Shown in pieces: positions 16,818 through 27,378 of a DNA stretch of 64,000 nt; position 1 is the first letter of the stretch, and every line of letters begins with the position of its first letter. The DNA lies in the NCBI GenBank assembly GCA_000092065.1, contig CP000585.1; one strand, 5' to 3'. A program made the position numbers and the translations under genes. Below the pieces are notes generated by a model. It worked only from the letters and a program-made list of their open reading frames with translations, was not told the DNA's origin and made no database searches. Source of the DNA: Ostreococcus lucimarinus (Eukaryota).

Positions 16818-18353
16818 ATGGCGCGCGACGGTGACGTGGACGCGCGCGATGACGCCGTCACGGTCGAAGCGCGCGTCGTCGAACACGACGCCGTGGGTAA
16901 ACGCGCGCCGTCACCGCCGACGGCGACGCGCGGCGACGCGAACGCGGCGTCGGCGAGCTCGGACGACGAAGAGGCTGCGGCTGCGCAGCGGGCGGATAGG
17001 GCGCGCTTGGAGGGGTGCGTGCGAGAGATTTTGCGGGCTTTAGGAGAAGACGTCGAGCGAGAGGGATTATTAGACACCCCCTCGCGCGTGGCCAAGGCGT
17101 TGATGTTCGCGACGCGCGGTTACGACGCGTGCGCGACGGTGGCGCTAGGGACGGCGCTGTTTCACGAGACGGGCATGGCGAACGCGATGCGAACGACGAC
17201 GACGAATGAGATCGCGAATGGCACGCACGATATGGTGCTCGTGAGGGATATTCCAGTGTTCAGCACGTGCGCGGAGACATTCATGCCGTTCTACGGGGTG
17301 ATTCACGTCGGGTACGCCCCGAACGCGGGCGTCATCGTTGGCTTGAGCAAGCTCGCGCGCGTCGCGGAGGTGTACGCGAGACGATTACAAACCCCAGATG
17401 GGTTAGCACGAGCGGTGGCGCAGGCACTACACGATGTTGCATCACCACTGGGGGTTGGGGTTTCATTTACCGGCGTGCGGCTAGGCCCGTTCGGGCCTCG
17501 CGAGACGCAAGGGCGAGCGAGCACGGGGTGCTTCGCGACGTCCAGCTCGGTGTGGTGGGAAGAGTTCGGGGCGTTAGTTCAGCTCGGCGGTGCACCGTCG
17601 GAACTATCACGAGGTATTTGGGGCGATGATGCGCGTTACTGCGGGGCGTGTGATGACGACAAGGATGGCGTGGCGAGTACGAAGGGGCGAGGAGGAGCCG
17701 AGACGCTCGTAGACGAAGCGGCGAGAAGAGCCGTCGAGGGGGTGAGCGAGTCTGTCTACGCGGGAGTGAAGCAACTATTAAATGCGTTGAATCTAGAAGA
17801 CCGAGTGAGCGAGGCGACGGACGGGAAAATCACATTAGAAGACACCGCGAGACGGTTTTCGACTCTTTTGTCGGCGATGCGTTCGGGCGCAGACGTACCT
17901 TTTAGCGTCATCGAAGAGTCAGCAGCTCGCGACGACGCGACGACGAACGAGGACGTCATCGATGGTGTCTGCGTCGTGCGCGATTTGCACATGTCCACAG
18001 TGTGCGAACATCATCTGTTGCCGTTTCACGGGACGGTGAGTGTGGCGTACGCGTTGGGACCAGACTCTTCGCGCGCACTGAGCCGGGATACGCTACAAGC
18101 GCTCGTGACTCGACATTCACGAAGGCTGCAAGTGCAAGAGCGACTCACGCGCGATGTCGCAGAAGAAGTTAGCAAACTTACGGGAGGATTAGGGGTCATG
18201 GTGGCCGCGCGCGCGGCGCATCTTTGCATGGTGAGTCGAGGTGTGGAAAAGCCGGGGAGTTCGACGTGCACAGTGACGAAACTCGGTCGTTTTGCCTCCG
18301 AGCCCGCGCTGCGCTCGCGTGTGTGGGAGCGCCTCGCTTCGGCTCGCCGTTGA
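16818..18353 (+). CDS. GTP cyclohydrolase I, plant-type with two tandem GCH-I domains
   Basis: Domain 1: LLDTPSRVAKALMFATRGY ... VRDIPVFSTCAETFMPFYGVIHVGYAP. Domain 2: VRDLHMSTVCEHHLLPFHGTVSVAYAL...RRLQVQERLT. The ORF extends to 16113, but the ATG at 16818 follows the CGATCG promoter tract. Confidence 0.85.
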   Translation: MARDGDVDARDDAVTVEARVVEHDAVGKRAPSPPTATRGDANAASASSDDEEAAAAQRADRARLEGCVREILRALGEDVEREGLLDTPSRVAKALMFATRGYDACATVALGTALFHETGMANAMRTTTTNEIANGTHDMVLVRDIPVFSTCAETFMPFYGVIHVGYAPNAGVIVGLSKLARVAEVYARRLQTPDGLARAVAQALHDVASPLGVGVSFTGVRLGPFGPRETQGRASTGCFATSSSVWWEEFGALVQLGGAPSELSRGIWGDDARYCGACDDDKDGVASTKGRGGAETLVDEAARRAVEGVSESVYAGVKQLLNALNLEDRVSEATDGKITLEDTARRFSTLLSAMRSGADVPFSVIEESAARDDATTNEDVIDGVCVVRDLHMSTVCEHHLLPFHGTVSVAYALGPDSSRALSRDTLQALVTRHSRRLQVQERLTRDVAEEVSKLTGGLGVMVAARAAHLCMVSRGVEKPGSSTCTVTKLGRFASEPALRSRVWERLASARR

Positions 18354-18472
18354 TATTCAGAAGAGGATTGTATGTAATAACTAAACGCGCCTTTTGGCGT
18401 CGGGCGTGTGGGTAAATGGGAGCAGAAAGAACTCCATCCGTTTTACAACCGCGTCGCTACGATTTCGCTTCA

Positions 18473-20092
18473 TCACCCTACGAATGCCTGCGGCTTGTTC
18501 GCCATCATCGCCTTAATGTCCATAAAGTGCGAATCCTGAACTCTCGATAGATTGCCAGCCGCCGCCCCTTGCGCGGCGACGTGTTTCTTCAGGGCTTGCC
18601 CGAGAACCAACGCCAACTCGGTGTGGAACCAAAGCAACTCGTGTTCCATGTTCGCGCAGCAACGCTCGTATCTCTCGTGCGTCTGCGTTCGTTCGATTCG
18701 CAAGTCACTCACCGCGAGTTCTATCTTTTGTTTTTCTTCTCTCTTCGGCCCAGGCTCTGGGACACCCATGGTGGATAGCTTACTCTCGATTCGTTCGATG
18801 CTAGACGACACCTTGTTGTAGTGATCGACGACACGCTTTCTCGCGTCGAATGCCGCCACTACGGCGGTGCACAACGCGTGAACTTCGTTGAGGGAATCTA
18901 AGAACTCCGACGACATCAATTCCGACGCCTGTCTCTGCGGAGGAATGAGCGCAGTGAATAAATCGCTGAGTCTTTGCCACCACACGCCCTTGGCCCCCGA
19001 CTGGGCGAAAACGGAACGAGCCTTCTCCTCTTGTCCCGCCAAAAGCTCCAAGCACGCGTTGAACTCCTCGTACGCGCTCACCGTGTGTGCGCCATGCTTT
19101 TGCAACGCGCTCGTCGCCGCTATGAGCTTTTCCAAACGCAGTTTCAGTTTGGTCACGTATTCGACGACGTCGACGTGTTGTTGCTTTTCGCGCATGACGT
19201 CGACGGACATCGACGAAGTCAGGGACTTCATGTCCGACGTGTTCAGCGTTGACAACCACGAAGTCACCGATGAGACGCCTTCGCTCAAGACGCCGCGTTC
19301 GTACCACGGCACGCGCTGCGTCCAAGACTTTGAGTCTTGCGTTAAGAACGCGTGCAAGTCGGCGGATTTTCTCACCAGCGGGTGCGCCGCGCACCTCGCC
19401 ATGAACGCGGCTAATCCTTTTCGTCTTCGCTCGATCCCGCGCGACGACGGGTCGTCCATGTGTAAGATCGTCTTCGACGGCAACAGCGGGATGATGACTC
19501 CGTCGCAATTCGCCCCGAGTTGTTTGCTCAACCACTCGAAATCTGAAAATCGCCGCGTCGAACACCCGCTCGAATCTTTCCCACCGTACGTCGCGCTGTC
19601 CGTCCAGTACGTCACCTTGTACTCGATGTGCTTGCTCAGGCCGTCGCCCACGCGGTGCGGATCTCCGATCTCGATCACAAGTCCCGCGTCGTCGTCGTCG
19701 TCGTCCGCGTCCGCGCTCGCGCGCGTCGCGTATCCCGTCGGCACGCGAATCGCGCCCACGTCGCTCGGCGTCGTCGGTCGAGGGCCGGGCGTCAGGAACG
19801 CCGCGCGCTCGTCCGACGCCGCGGTCGTCGTCGTCGTCGGCGTCGTCATCGTCGTCGTCGTCGTCGGACGCACCGAGATGACGCGTCGCGCGGTGACGCG
19901 GCGACGCCATCGTTCGCCCCGCGTCGCCGTTCGCGCGTCCGAGGTCGAGCCGACGGGCCGACGGGCCGACGCGCACACCGAGGCGCGTCGATCCGTTCGC
20001 GACGCGCCGCGCGTCGATCGGAAAGCGCGGCGCGTCGAACCTTTCGTCGTCGCGGGGCGTGGCGTCCGTCGTCCGACGCGCGCGCGCGCCAT
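18473..20092 (-). CDS. Sorting nexin (PX domain + BAR domain, SNX1/Vps5-like)
   Basis: PX motif RRFSDFEWL...PLLP...RR.GL; long C-terminal coiled-coil BAR region; N-terminal ~200 aa low-complexity (poly-Thr). Start ambiguous: 20092 or 19888. Confidence 0.65.
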   Translation of the reverse strand: MARARVGRRTPRPATTKGSTRRAFRSTRGASRTDRRASVCASARRPVGSTSDARTATRGERWRRRVTARRVISVRPTTTTTMTTPTTTTTAASDERAAFLTPGPRPTTPSDVGAIRVPTGYATRASADADDDDDDAGLVIEIGDPHRVGDGLSKHIEYKVTYWTDSATYGGKDSSGCSTRRFSDFEWLSKQLGANCDGVIIPLLPSKTILHMDDPSSRGIERRRKGLAAFMARCAAHPLVRKSADLHAFLTQDSKSWTQRVPWYERGVLSEGVSSVTSWLSTLNTSDMKSLTSSMSVDVMREKQQHVDVVEYVTKLKLRLEKLIAATSALQKHGAHTVSAYEEFNACLELLAGQEEKARSVFAQSGAKGVWWQRLSDLFTALIPPQRQASELMSSEFLDSLNEVHALCTAVVAAFDARKRVVDHYNKVSSSIERIESKLSTMGVPEPGPKREEKQKIELAVSDLRIERTQTHERYERCCANMEHELLWFHTELALVLGQALKKHVAAQGAAAGNLSRVQDSHFMDIKAMMANKPQAFVG

Positions 20093-20858
20093 GGCGAACG
20101 CCGGGATCGGGTTGTCGCAGTTTGCGTTCGTCGGGACGTTCATCGCGGCGGTGAAGAAAACGATCGCGGGACCGCGAGAGGAACCGCCCGAACACCTGAA
20201 GTGCGTCATCACGCAGGAGCTGTTTCGAGATCCCGTGGTGCTGGTGCAAACGGGGTACACGTACGACCGAATCGCCATCCAACGCTGGCTCGCGGCCAAG
20301 TTTCCGCCGACGGATCCGACGAGTAACGTCGAGTTGTGGTGCACGGATCTCGTCCCGAATTGGTCGCTACGTCAGAGCGTCGATGAGTGGGGGGTCGCGA
20401 ATGGATACGGCGCCATGGATCCACCCGAAGAGGCGGTGCGAGTGACGAAGGATGGCAGACCGATGGGGCGACGCTCGGCCAACGCCACGAGCGCGACGGC
20501 GCTGACGCACCAATATTTGCAAGCGCTTCATCGCACACATCCGCGGCACGCGGCGGTTTTAGTATTTTTGATGACGTTTACCCTGGGCACGATCACGGTG
20601 ACCACGCTCACGGTGGTTCACAGCGCGTACGCAGCCGTCGGCGCGGCGCTTCGTCACGAAGCCGTCGCTCGGATGCTCGACGGCCCGGCTCAAAGTTTCG
20701 TTTGGTGGTTTTGCGTCGGCGGGTTTCTTTTCTTGGCGCACTGCGGCGCGCAGGATGTGCCTCCCGTCGCGCGCGGTCGCGAACGGGTCGATCGACGAGG
20801 TCGCGCGCAAGACGTCGTGGGACGCGGTTTCTTTCGCCGTCTCGGCGTCGCGCGCTGA
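20091..20858 (+). CDS. U-box domain protein (E3 ubiquitin ligase-like) with C-terminal transmembrane segments
   Basis: CVITQELFRDPVVLVQTGYTYDRIAIQRWL...VPNWSLRQSVDEW is a canonical U-box; two hydrophobic helices near the C-terminus. Confidence 0.65.
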   Translation: MANAGIGLSQFAFVGTFIAAVKKTIAGPREEPPEHLKCVITQELFRDPVVLVQTGYTYDRIAIQRWLAAKFPPTDPTSNVELWCTDLVPNWSLRQSVDEWGVANGYGAMDPPEEAVRVTKDGRPMGRRSANATSATALTHQYLQALHRTHPRHAAVLVFLMTFTLGTITVTTLTVVHSAYAAVGAALRHEAVARMLDGPAQSFVWWFCVGGFLFLAHCGAQDVPPVARGRERVDRRGRAQDVVGRGFFRRLGVAR

Positions 20859-21309
20859 CGCGGCGTCGCCCGACGTCGTCTTCGGCGTAAGCGTCCGCGC
20901 TGTGCGTCGTCGTCGCGTTCGTTGTACCGCTAGTAGGTAGTTTCTATGTAATTCTCTCGTGTAAATCACACCTCGTGTGTTTAGCATTTCGTCCGTTCGT
21001 TTGGGCGTTCCCTCTCGATCCCGTCGCCCCGGCGCGATCTCGGGTTCTGGCGCCGGCGCGATCTCGGCGCCCGCCGTCGGGGTCGCCCGCCCGACGAGGC
21101 CACGTCGCGTCACACGCGTGCCCGAGGCCGGCGGCGACGCTCGCGAGCGCGCGCGAACGCGCACGAACGCTGCGTAAGAAATCGTCTCGAGCGTTGCGTC
21201 GCGCGCACCGAGCGTCGCGCGCGGGCACGCGCGCGCGCACCGCGAACGCCGCGAACGTGGACCCGCGCGCCCATCGGGTGGCGTTCGAGCGCGCGGGAAC
21301 TGTGATATC

Positions 21310-23655
21310 ATGTCGCACGCGCGCGCGAGCGACGGCGCGAACGGGACGTCGACGCTCGCGAAGGATGCAGATGAAATCCACGCATCGAACGGTACCGACG
21401 CACGCGCGACGTCAAGCGCGATCGAGCGTACGACGGGCGATGGGCGCGAGGTTGGACACGAGAGCTGGGAGGTTGTGAGCGGGAAGAAATCTTCAAAAAC
21501 GTCTGGTAAAACGAGCGCGGAAAGCGCGGGAACGAGCGAGGATGGGAAGAAACGAAGAAATAGTGGAAGCGGCTCTCGCGCTGGGGGGGCGCAGAGGGCG
21601 GATAAGGTGAACGCGGGTAAAGGAAGTCCACCAGACGTTCAAGCGGCGAGCGGCGAGGCCTCGAGCGGCGGCGCCGAACCGTCGGGATGGGCCGCCATCG
21701 TCACCGGAAGACTTAGCCCGAGCGAAGTGCCGGCGTCGTCGGTGGTGTCAAGTGAGACCACGGGCACACCAGCCGTTGAGCGCCTCAACTTGTCGCGAGA
21801 GAAGGATGAGGCGATGCGCGAAGTCGCGGCGCAAGACGACTCTACAGATGGTTCGCCGCGAACCGCGCGCGAGACGCACATCATAGACGGAGCTCGCGAA
21901 AACGCACAAGCTGTCGGTGCTGGTGCGAAGGCATTACGTGGCTGGGCTTCTATTTTAGGTGGCAGTAGCGGATTCCCCGAGGAAAATCCTCGAAGCAAGT
22001 CGCCGAACGCGACCCAAGAGACGGCGGTAGCGGCAACGGAGGTGGCGCATGAGCCGACTAAGGCCACGGCGGCGCCTAGCGCTCCGGCGTGGGGTGGATG
22101 GGGAGCTCAAGCACCGCCAAAGGTTGACTTGAAGGCGACGATGGAAGAGGACGCTGCGGCGGCTGCGGCCGCTCCTCCTCCTCCTCCGCCTTCGAAGAAG
22201 GAGTCGAAAAAGACGGAGGACAAGCCAGGCAAACAAAATGGGCGCAAGAAGGATTCTAAGAAGGACAAGTCTTCTAGCAAGCAACGTCAGCAAGATACGT
22301 ATCGCAAGGATAACAATAAACCGGTCCGAAGCTCGGTGCCGGTGACCAAGGTTTCAGAACCATCCGTCGACGCGTCTGCTGACCGTCCCAGAGCCCCTAT
22401 GACGTCTGAAGTTGAAGATTTGCTCGTCGCAAAACTGGGAAGTGAGCTGCTTGACTGCGCGCACATGCAATTTTTCACTCCCACGGCGCATTTGCTGAAG
22501 AAGGAGAGACGTGCGGTGGACATCGTCATTCGAGCCATGAGCGCCATCGTTCAGACGCTGTTTCCGGCGACCGGTCTCGATGTTTTTGGTTCGTACCCTA
22601 CGCGCGCATGGGTGCCAGGGTCGAGTAATTTGGACTTGTCGCTGGATCTCCCTCCCGAGGCGATGATCGCTTCCCATCCGGAGCGGCGAATGGAGGCTTT
22701 AAATACGCTCGCCATGGCTTTGCGTACGAATCCTTGGGTGCTCGACGTCACCGTCGTCCCGAGCTCGCACAGACCTTTGCTGCGCATGACGACGCATACT
22801 GCGTTCTTTCAGGCAATGCCGCAGCAACTGCCGAGTAAAACATCGGCGTCGATTGCGGCAGCTATCGCCGCCGTCACACCGCCGCCGGTAACCTCTGGGG
22901 ACGGAACGCCGCCTCTGCCACCTGGCCCGCGTCCCGGCGCGCCGCCATTCGGTATTCCAGGCTTGGGTCAAAACGGTCTAGGCTTGCCGCTCGAAGTACA
23001 CATTTCTCTGAAAGATGCGAATCACAAGGGGCTGTCGTCGATGCAATTTGTGCAGGCTGCAGAAGAGCAACACGGCGCTTTGGCTCCGTTGGTGTGCGTG
23101 CAAAAGGCAGTTTTAGCGAGTAAAGGTTTGCGAGGCGTCTACCGCGGTGGTCTGGGAAGCTACGCGCTCACTTTGATGGCCCTCACCGCGATTCAACTTC
23201 GCAATAGCCAAGAGAGCGAAACGGAGGATGAAACCGTCGTGAGAGTGAGCACGTCCAAGGACGAGGCAAAAAAGTCGGACGAAGACGAGGCCAATTCGCG
23301 AGACGCCCTCATTCTCGGCCGAGCCATGTTGAACTTCCTCAAACTGTACGGATTCGAAACGGATCTTTCCAAGGACATTATTTCAGTGCACAGCGGTGGT
23401 GACGGCGTATGGGGCGTTCTTTCAGAAGCCGCTCAATTTCCGGCGCCGCTCGGTTCTGGTTTACGCGTCAAGGATCCATTAGATGGATCAAATAATGCTG
23501 GAGCGGGATGTTTCGGCATTGCGGGTGTGCAAGCAGTATTCAGAGAGCAGTTGGAAACGCTCCGAAAGGCTGCGGAGAATGGCTTTGAGAGTAATGTCCC
23601 ACTCTTGATGCAGCTCTTCACGCTAGGTGGATCGCAAAAAGTCTTTGTCGTTTGA
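21310..23655 (+). CDS. Non-canonical poly(A)/nucleotidyl transferase (TRF4/GLD2/Cid1 family) with long disordered N-terminal region
   Basis: VFGSYPTRAWVPGSSNLDLSLDLP (Pol-beta-type NT motif hG[GS], DhDh), PAP/OAS1-associated domain LRGVYRGGLGSYALTLMA; N-terminal ~400 aa Ser/Ala/Lys-rich; start uncertain. Confidence 0.6.
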   Translation: MSHARASDGANGTSTLAKDADEIHASNGTDARATSSAIERTTGDGREVGHESWEVVSGKKSSKTSGKTSAESAGTSEDGKKRRNSGSGSRAGGAQRADKVNAGKGSPPDVQAASGEASSGGAEPSGWAAIVTGRLSPSEVPASSVVSSETTGTPAVERLNLSREKDEAMREVAAQDDSTDGSPRTARETHIIDGARENAQAVGAGAKALRGWASILGGSSGFPEENPRSKSPNATQETAVAATEVAHEPTKATAAPSAPAWGGWGAQAPPKVDLKATMEEDAAAAAAAPPPPPPSKKESKKTEDKPGKQNGRKKDSKKDKSSSKQRQQDTYRKDNNKPVRSSVPVTKVSEPSVDASADRPRAPMTSEVEDLLVAKLGSELLDCAHMQFFTPTAHLLKKERRAVDIVIRAMSAIVQTLFPATGLDVFGSYPTRAWVPGSSNLDLSLDLPPEAMIASHPERRMEALNTLAMALRTNPWVLDVTVVPSSHRPLLRMTTHTAFFQAMPQQLPSKTSASIAAAIAAVTPPPVTSGDGTPPLPPGPRPGAPPFGIPGLGQNGLGLPLEVHISLKDANHKGLSSMQFVQAAEEQHGALAPLVCVQKAVLASKGLRGVYRGGLGSYALTLMALTAIQLRNSQESETEDETVVRVSTSKDEAKKSDEDEANSRDALILGRAMLNFLKLYGFETDLSKDIISVHSGGDGVWGVLSEAAQFPAPLGSGLRVKDPLDGSNNAGAGCFGIAGVQAVFREQLETLRKAAENGFESNVPLLMQLFTLGGSQKVFVV

Positions 23656-23746
23656 GTAGCACGTTGATTGAAAAACACGGCGCGCGAATAATGCAATATT
23701 ATTACATGAACAGCTAAAATCGCTCTAATCCTCTACCAGAAGTCCT

Positions 23747-25705
23747 CTAATCATCGGCGGGGGGTTTAACGCTATAAATTTGTTGAATGTAACCAGCAGC
23801 TGCTCCGAGAACGGCCCCCGAGATAATCAAAGTTAACTCGTCCTGTTCGAAGATTGGGTGTAACACGCGTTCGAACTCCTGCGGCGTCATCAACTTCATT
23901 CGTTCACGCATGAGTTCTTTGAGCCCGAGCGTCGCGTCCGTGTACTCATGCAATACGTGTATGTGCTCCGGCAGCTTTTCAACCACTTTACGACAAACTT
24001 CGTCGATCAATGAAACGTCCAAATCCGCCACCGACATCCCACGGGCAGCCGCCTCTTCCACGACAAACTTTTTCGTGTACTGTTCCAGCATAGCGTTGAA
24101 TTCGGGTCCTTTGTCACCATTCAACATATTGTTCCAAATATTCTCGCTTTTCAGCACTTTCTCTGTGAGGTAGTCGCTAAAAGTACCGCTCACCTCGTGT
24201 TGACGCTGCAAGAACAAACCCTGTATCTTAAACGGTCCGACAAAGACGGGCTCGACTGGTTCGAATATGCACTTTAGTGCCAACCAGTTCGTCAATAAGC
24301 CGACGATCATACCACCTATAGTGATTGACCACGGGTTGTCATAAAACGCCCAAACGACCATCTGAATGACGCCCAGCAAGAAACCAAAAAACAACCCGCT
24401 ATTGACTAGGAAATCGAGCTCTGCTGCGCCGCAACGCCGAAACAAATCGACGAGCACAACTCGGTCGGTGCACATCGCCGTCACGACGAGCTCTTTTAAA
24501 TCGATGACGTGATCGACTTGCTGTTGGAGCAGCGTCACGAAACCAGATAAGTAAGTGGACACGACGCCACCGACTTCGCCGAGCGTCGGCGTTGGCAGCG
24601 CCGGCACTGCGCTCTCGGCGAGTTTGAGCGACCAATCTGGAATCATTTCACTCGCGATTTTCGACGCCATATTCGGCACTTCTGTGAGAAGTAAAGAGGA
24701 CACCGCCGTTGGGTCGAGGAGCATAAAAACCGCTTGCACGTTCACGAGCTTCTCGGTGACCATGGTAACCATCGTCAAAGACATTTGCGCGGCTTTCGCC
24801 GGCACGATGCCTTGCCAGCCCAAGATACCGAGCGGTTGGAGAATGTCGAAACCGTACACCGAGCCTTCGACGTACTGGAACAGCGGAATCCCTAGAAAAT
24901 TGATCGGGTAAAAAATCATCTTCACCGCGAGCCAGTTCGTGAACCATCCAACGAAGGCGGCGACGAGCGGAATCAAGAGCATACCTTTGCGATCAGCGTT
25001 AAACTTATCAACGGCCCGCGCGATGACTTTATTCGAAAGAACTGCGCTCAACTTTCCTCGCAACGAATCCATGGAGTTGAACATGCGACGCTCGAAGGCT
25101 TTCGTACGTTTCTGAATACTAAGTAAACGCCAATTATTGCGAATTTCCATGACCACGTCGCGAATATCGAATCGTCTCGCGAGCGAGGCGAGGCTGTCGA
25201 CGGCGTCGCGCGTGAACCTATACGCTCGGCGAAAAACGACGCGTATCAACGCCACGGTCACCAATCGTCGCACGATAACGCTGACATTCGACCCCTGTGC
25301 GAGACTTCCTAGCATCACGAGCGCGGCGACGCAAGCGAATAACGTCTTCGGGTCGCGAAAGTTAACAGCTCGCCGCGACTGAATTCGTCGAACGCCCTGC
25401 TCCGCGTACGTTTTCTCATCGATGCGTTCCGATCGACGCGACTCGTATCGCTCGTACGAGTCAAAGTCATCACCGTCGTTCAGGCGCGCCGTCGTCGCGA
25501 CGCGCGCTCGCGCGTCGCTCGCGGCCCGTTTACGAAGTGCGATGCGCGTCGACGCGATTCGTGACGACGACGGCGAGAGTGACGCGCGTCGCGCGCTCGT
25601 CGACGCGCGTGCATGCGCGAGGTTGCGTCGCGCGCTCGTCGACGCGACGCGCGCGCGCGCGGTCGCGAGCGGTCGTCGCGCGACGCTCGACCGTTGCGCC
25701 TCCAT
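23747..25705 (-). CDS. DUF445-family membrane protein (duplicated FTNWLAxKMIFxP modules)
   Basis: Two repeats of the FTNWLAVKMIFYP / LTNWLALKCIFEP ... GIVP motif. The ORF extends to 25948, but ATG 25705 (MEAQRSS) avoids overlap with the upstream GDSL gene. Confidence 0.5.
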   Translation of the reverse strand: MEAQRSSVARRPLATARARVASTSARRNLAHARASTSARRASLSPSSSRIASTRIALRKRAASDARARVATTARLNDGDDFDSYERYESRRSERIDEKTYAEQGVRRIQSRRAVNFRDPKTLFACVAALVMLGSLAQGSNVSVIVRRLVTVALIRVVFRRAYRFTRDAVDSLASLARRFDIRDVVMEIRNNWRLLSIQKRTKAFERRMFNSMDSLRGKLSAVLSNKVIARAVDKFNADRKGMLLIPLVAAFVGWFTNWLAVKMIFYPINFLGIPLFQYVEGSVYGFDILQPLGILGWQGIVPAKAAQMSLTMVTMVTEKLVNVQAVFMLLDPTAVSSLLLTEVPNMASKIASEMIPDWSLKLAESAVPALPTPTLGEVGGVVSTYLSGFVTLLQQQVDHVIDLKELVVTAMCTDRVVLVDLFRRCGAAELDFLVNSGLFFGFLLGVIQMVVWAFYDNPWSITIGGMIVGLLTNWLALKCIFEPVEPVFVGPFKIQGLFLQRQHEVSGTFSDYLTEKVLKSENIWNNMLNGDKGPEFNAMLEQYTKKFVVEEAAARGMSVADLDVSLIDEVCRKVVEKLPEHIHVLHEYTDATLGLKELMRERMKLMTPQEFERVLHPIFEQDELTLIISGAVLGAAAGYIQQIYSVKPPADD

Positions 25706-25841
25706 TGTGCGGCAAAGTCGTTGCGGCGGTTTCAGCAAAGCCTCGCGACGCCGAGACGTTTGCGAGGAAACGCGTAGATCGGTGAACCGAACGCGCGCGA
25801 GAAGCAGAACGCGAACGAATTTCGTGAAACAACAAACAAAG

Positions 25842-26765
25842 CTAAGGATCGTTCGGGGCGCCGAGCAACGGCGCCACGACGTCGCGGTGGTGAGATATCT
25901 GCGCGGCGAAACCGCGAGCGTCCAAGTCCTTCCAATCCGGGAAGTCACATTTCACGGCGTCGCTCGCGCGACTCGCGAGGGCGGGGAAGTGTTGGCGCAA
26001 GGCATCGATGACGAGCGACGCGACCTGGCGCTGGCCGGCCTCGCTAAAGTGCAAACCGTCGCAGAATTGCGTCTCGTCGACTTCGCCGTTTGAAAACTCT
26101 AGCGCGGCGTGCAAGTCGACGACGGGAATGTCGTAGAAGCGCGCGACGCGCTTCATCGCCTCGGCGTATGGCTTGACGCCGGCGTTGGTTCTGTTCGGCG
26201 CTGTATCGTTGAGCAACGACCCAAATCCCAATCCAGGCTGCGCCGCGCGCGTCGCGCAGTCTCGAAGCCACGCTTCGTCGTCTACGGGCGGCGGCGTGAT
26301 GAATAAAATTCTCGGCGACGGTTGCATTCGTCGCACGCGCTCGACGATCGTTTTCAGGTTTTGTTCGTATCGCGGTAGCGGGACATGCTGCACGTCACCC
26401 GCGGACGAGTTCTTGGCGCACGCGTCGTTGGATCCGAACAGTATCGTCACCAAAACCGGCGCCCGCTTGTACGTCGCGAACGCCCCGTCGTCGTCCACGT
26501 CTTCGTTCAACGGAAACACCTCATCGAGCAAGCACAGCGCGTGTTCGGTGTTGTACCCACTGTACCCTCGGCATCGCACGTCCGCAAATCTCCGAAATTC
26601 GTGCTGCACTCGCGCCCCGAACCCACCGTCCTCGAACGATCGTTCGGTGAGCGAGTCGCCGAACAACACGACGCTTTCCCTGCGCGCGCGTCCGAGATTC
26701 GCCCCCCCTCCCCCCGCGCGCGCTCCCGTCGCTCGCCGCGCCGCCGCGATCCGCGCGTCGTCCAT
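25842..26765 (-). CDS. SGNH/GDSL hydrolase, isoamyl-acetate esterase (IAH1)-like
   Basis: VVLFGDSLTE block I, GSNDA block III, DGLHFS block V (DxxH); 307 aa from ATG 26765; the longer ORF to 27611 is low-complexity Arg/Ala-rich. Confidence 0.7.
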   Translation of the reverse strand: MDDARIAAARRATGARAGGGGANLGRARRESVVLFGDSLTERSFEDGGFGARVQHEFRRFADVRCRGYSGYNTEHALCLLDEVFPLNEDVDDDGAFATYKRAPVLVTILFGSNDACAKNSSAGDVQHVPLPRYEQNLKTIVERVRRMQPSPRILFITPPPVDDEAWLRDCATRAAQPGLGFGSLLNDTAPNRTNAGVKPYAEAMKRVARFYDIPVVDLHAALEFSNGEVDETQFCDGLHFSEAGQRQVASLVIDALRQHFPALASRASDAVKCDFPDWKDLDARGFAAQISHHRDVVAPLLGAPNDP

Positions 26766-27338
26766 CGCATCGCCCGCGCCTTTCGACTCGCTCGCCCTGC
26801 CCCTCCCTCCGTCCTCGTTCACGCTCGTCGTCTCTCTCGCGCGCTTCGCGTTCGCTCTGTCCTTTTCTCGTCGTCGCAGGCACGGCTTACACAGCTTCCT
26901 CGTCCCCGTTCGCGCGCGTCCCGTCTTCGTCTCGACGTTCGTGTACGGCTGTCCCTCTCGTTCGCACCCCGTTTTCGTCTCGCCGCGCGTCCTCGCGCTC
27001 GCGCGCGCGCGCGCGCACGCGACGCATCCTTCGCACCGGCAGAAGATGCGTCGCGTCGTCGTCGTCGCGTCGTCGCGCGCGCCCGGCGCGTCGTCGCGCG
27101 CGTCGTCGCGCGCGTCGTCGTCGCGCGTCTCGCGCGTCGTCTCGCGCGTCATCGCGCGTCGCGCGTCACCGTGTGCGACGCGCTCGACGACGAAAGTGAG
27201 AAGACGAAAGATGGAGCGACGCGACGCGACACAGCGCGTCGCGCGACGAGGACGACGCGAGCGCGTCACGCGACGCGCGTCGTCCATCGCGACGCGACGG
27301 GCGTCGCGGTGACGCGCGCGACGAGACCGCGCGGCGGA

Positions 27339-27378
27339 CCGTCGCGAACGAACGAACAGACGAACGAACGAACGAACG
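27339..27378. repeat. (GAAC)n/(ACGA)n microsatellite immediately upstream of the RAD17 start codon
   Basis: gaacgaacagacgaacgaacgaacgaacg. Confidence 0.8.
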
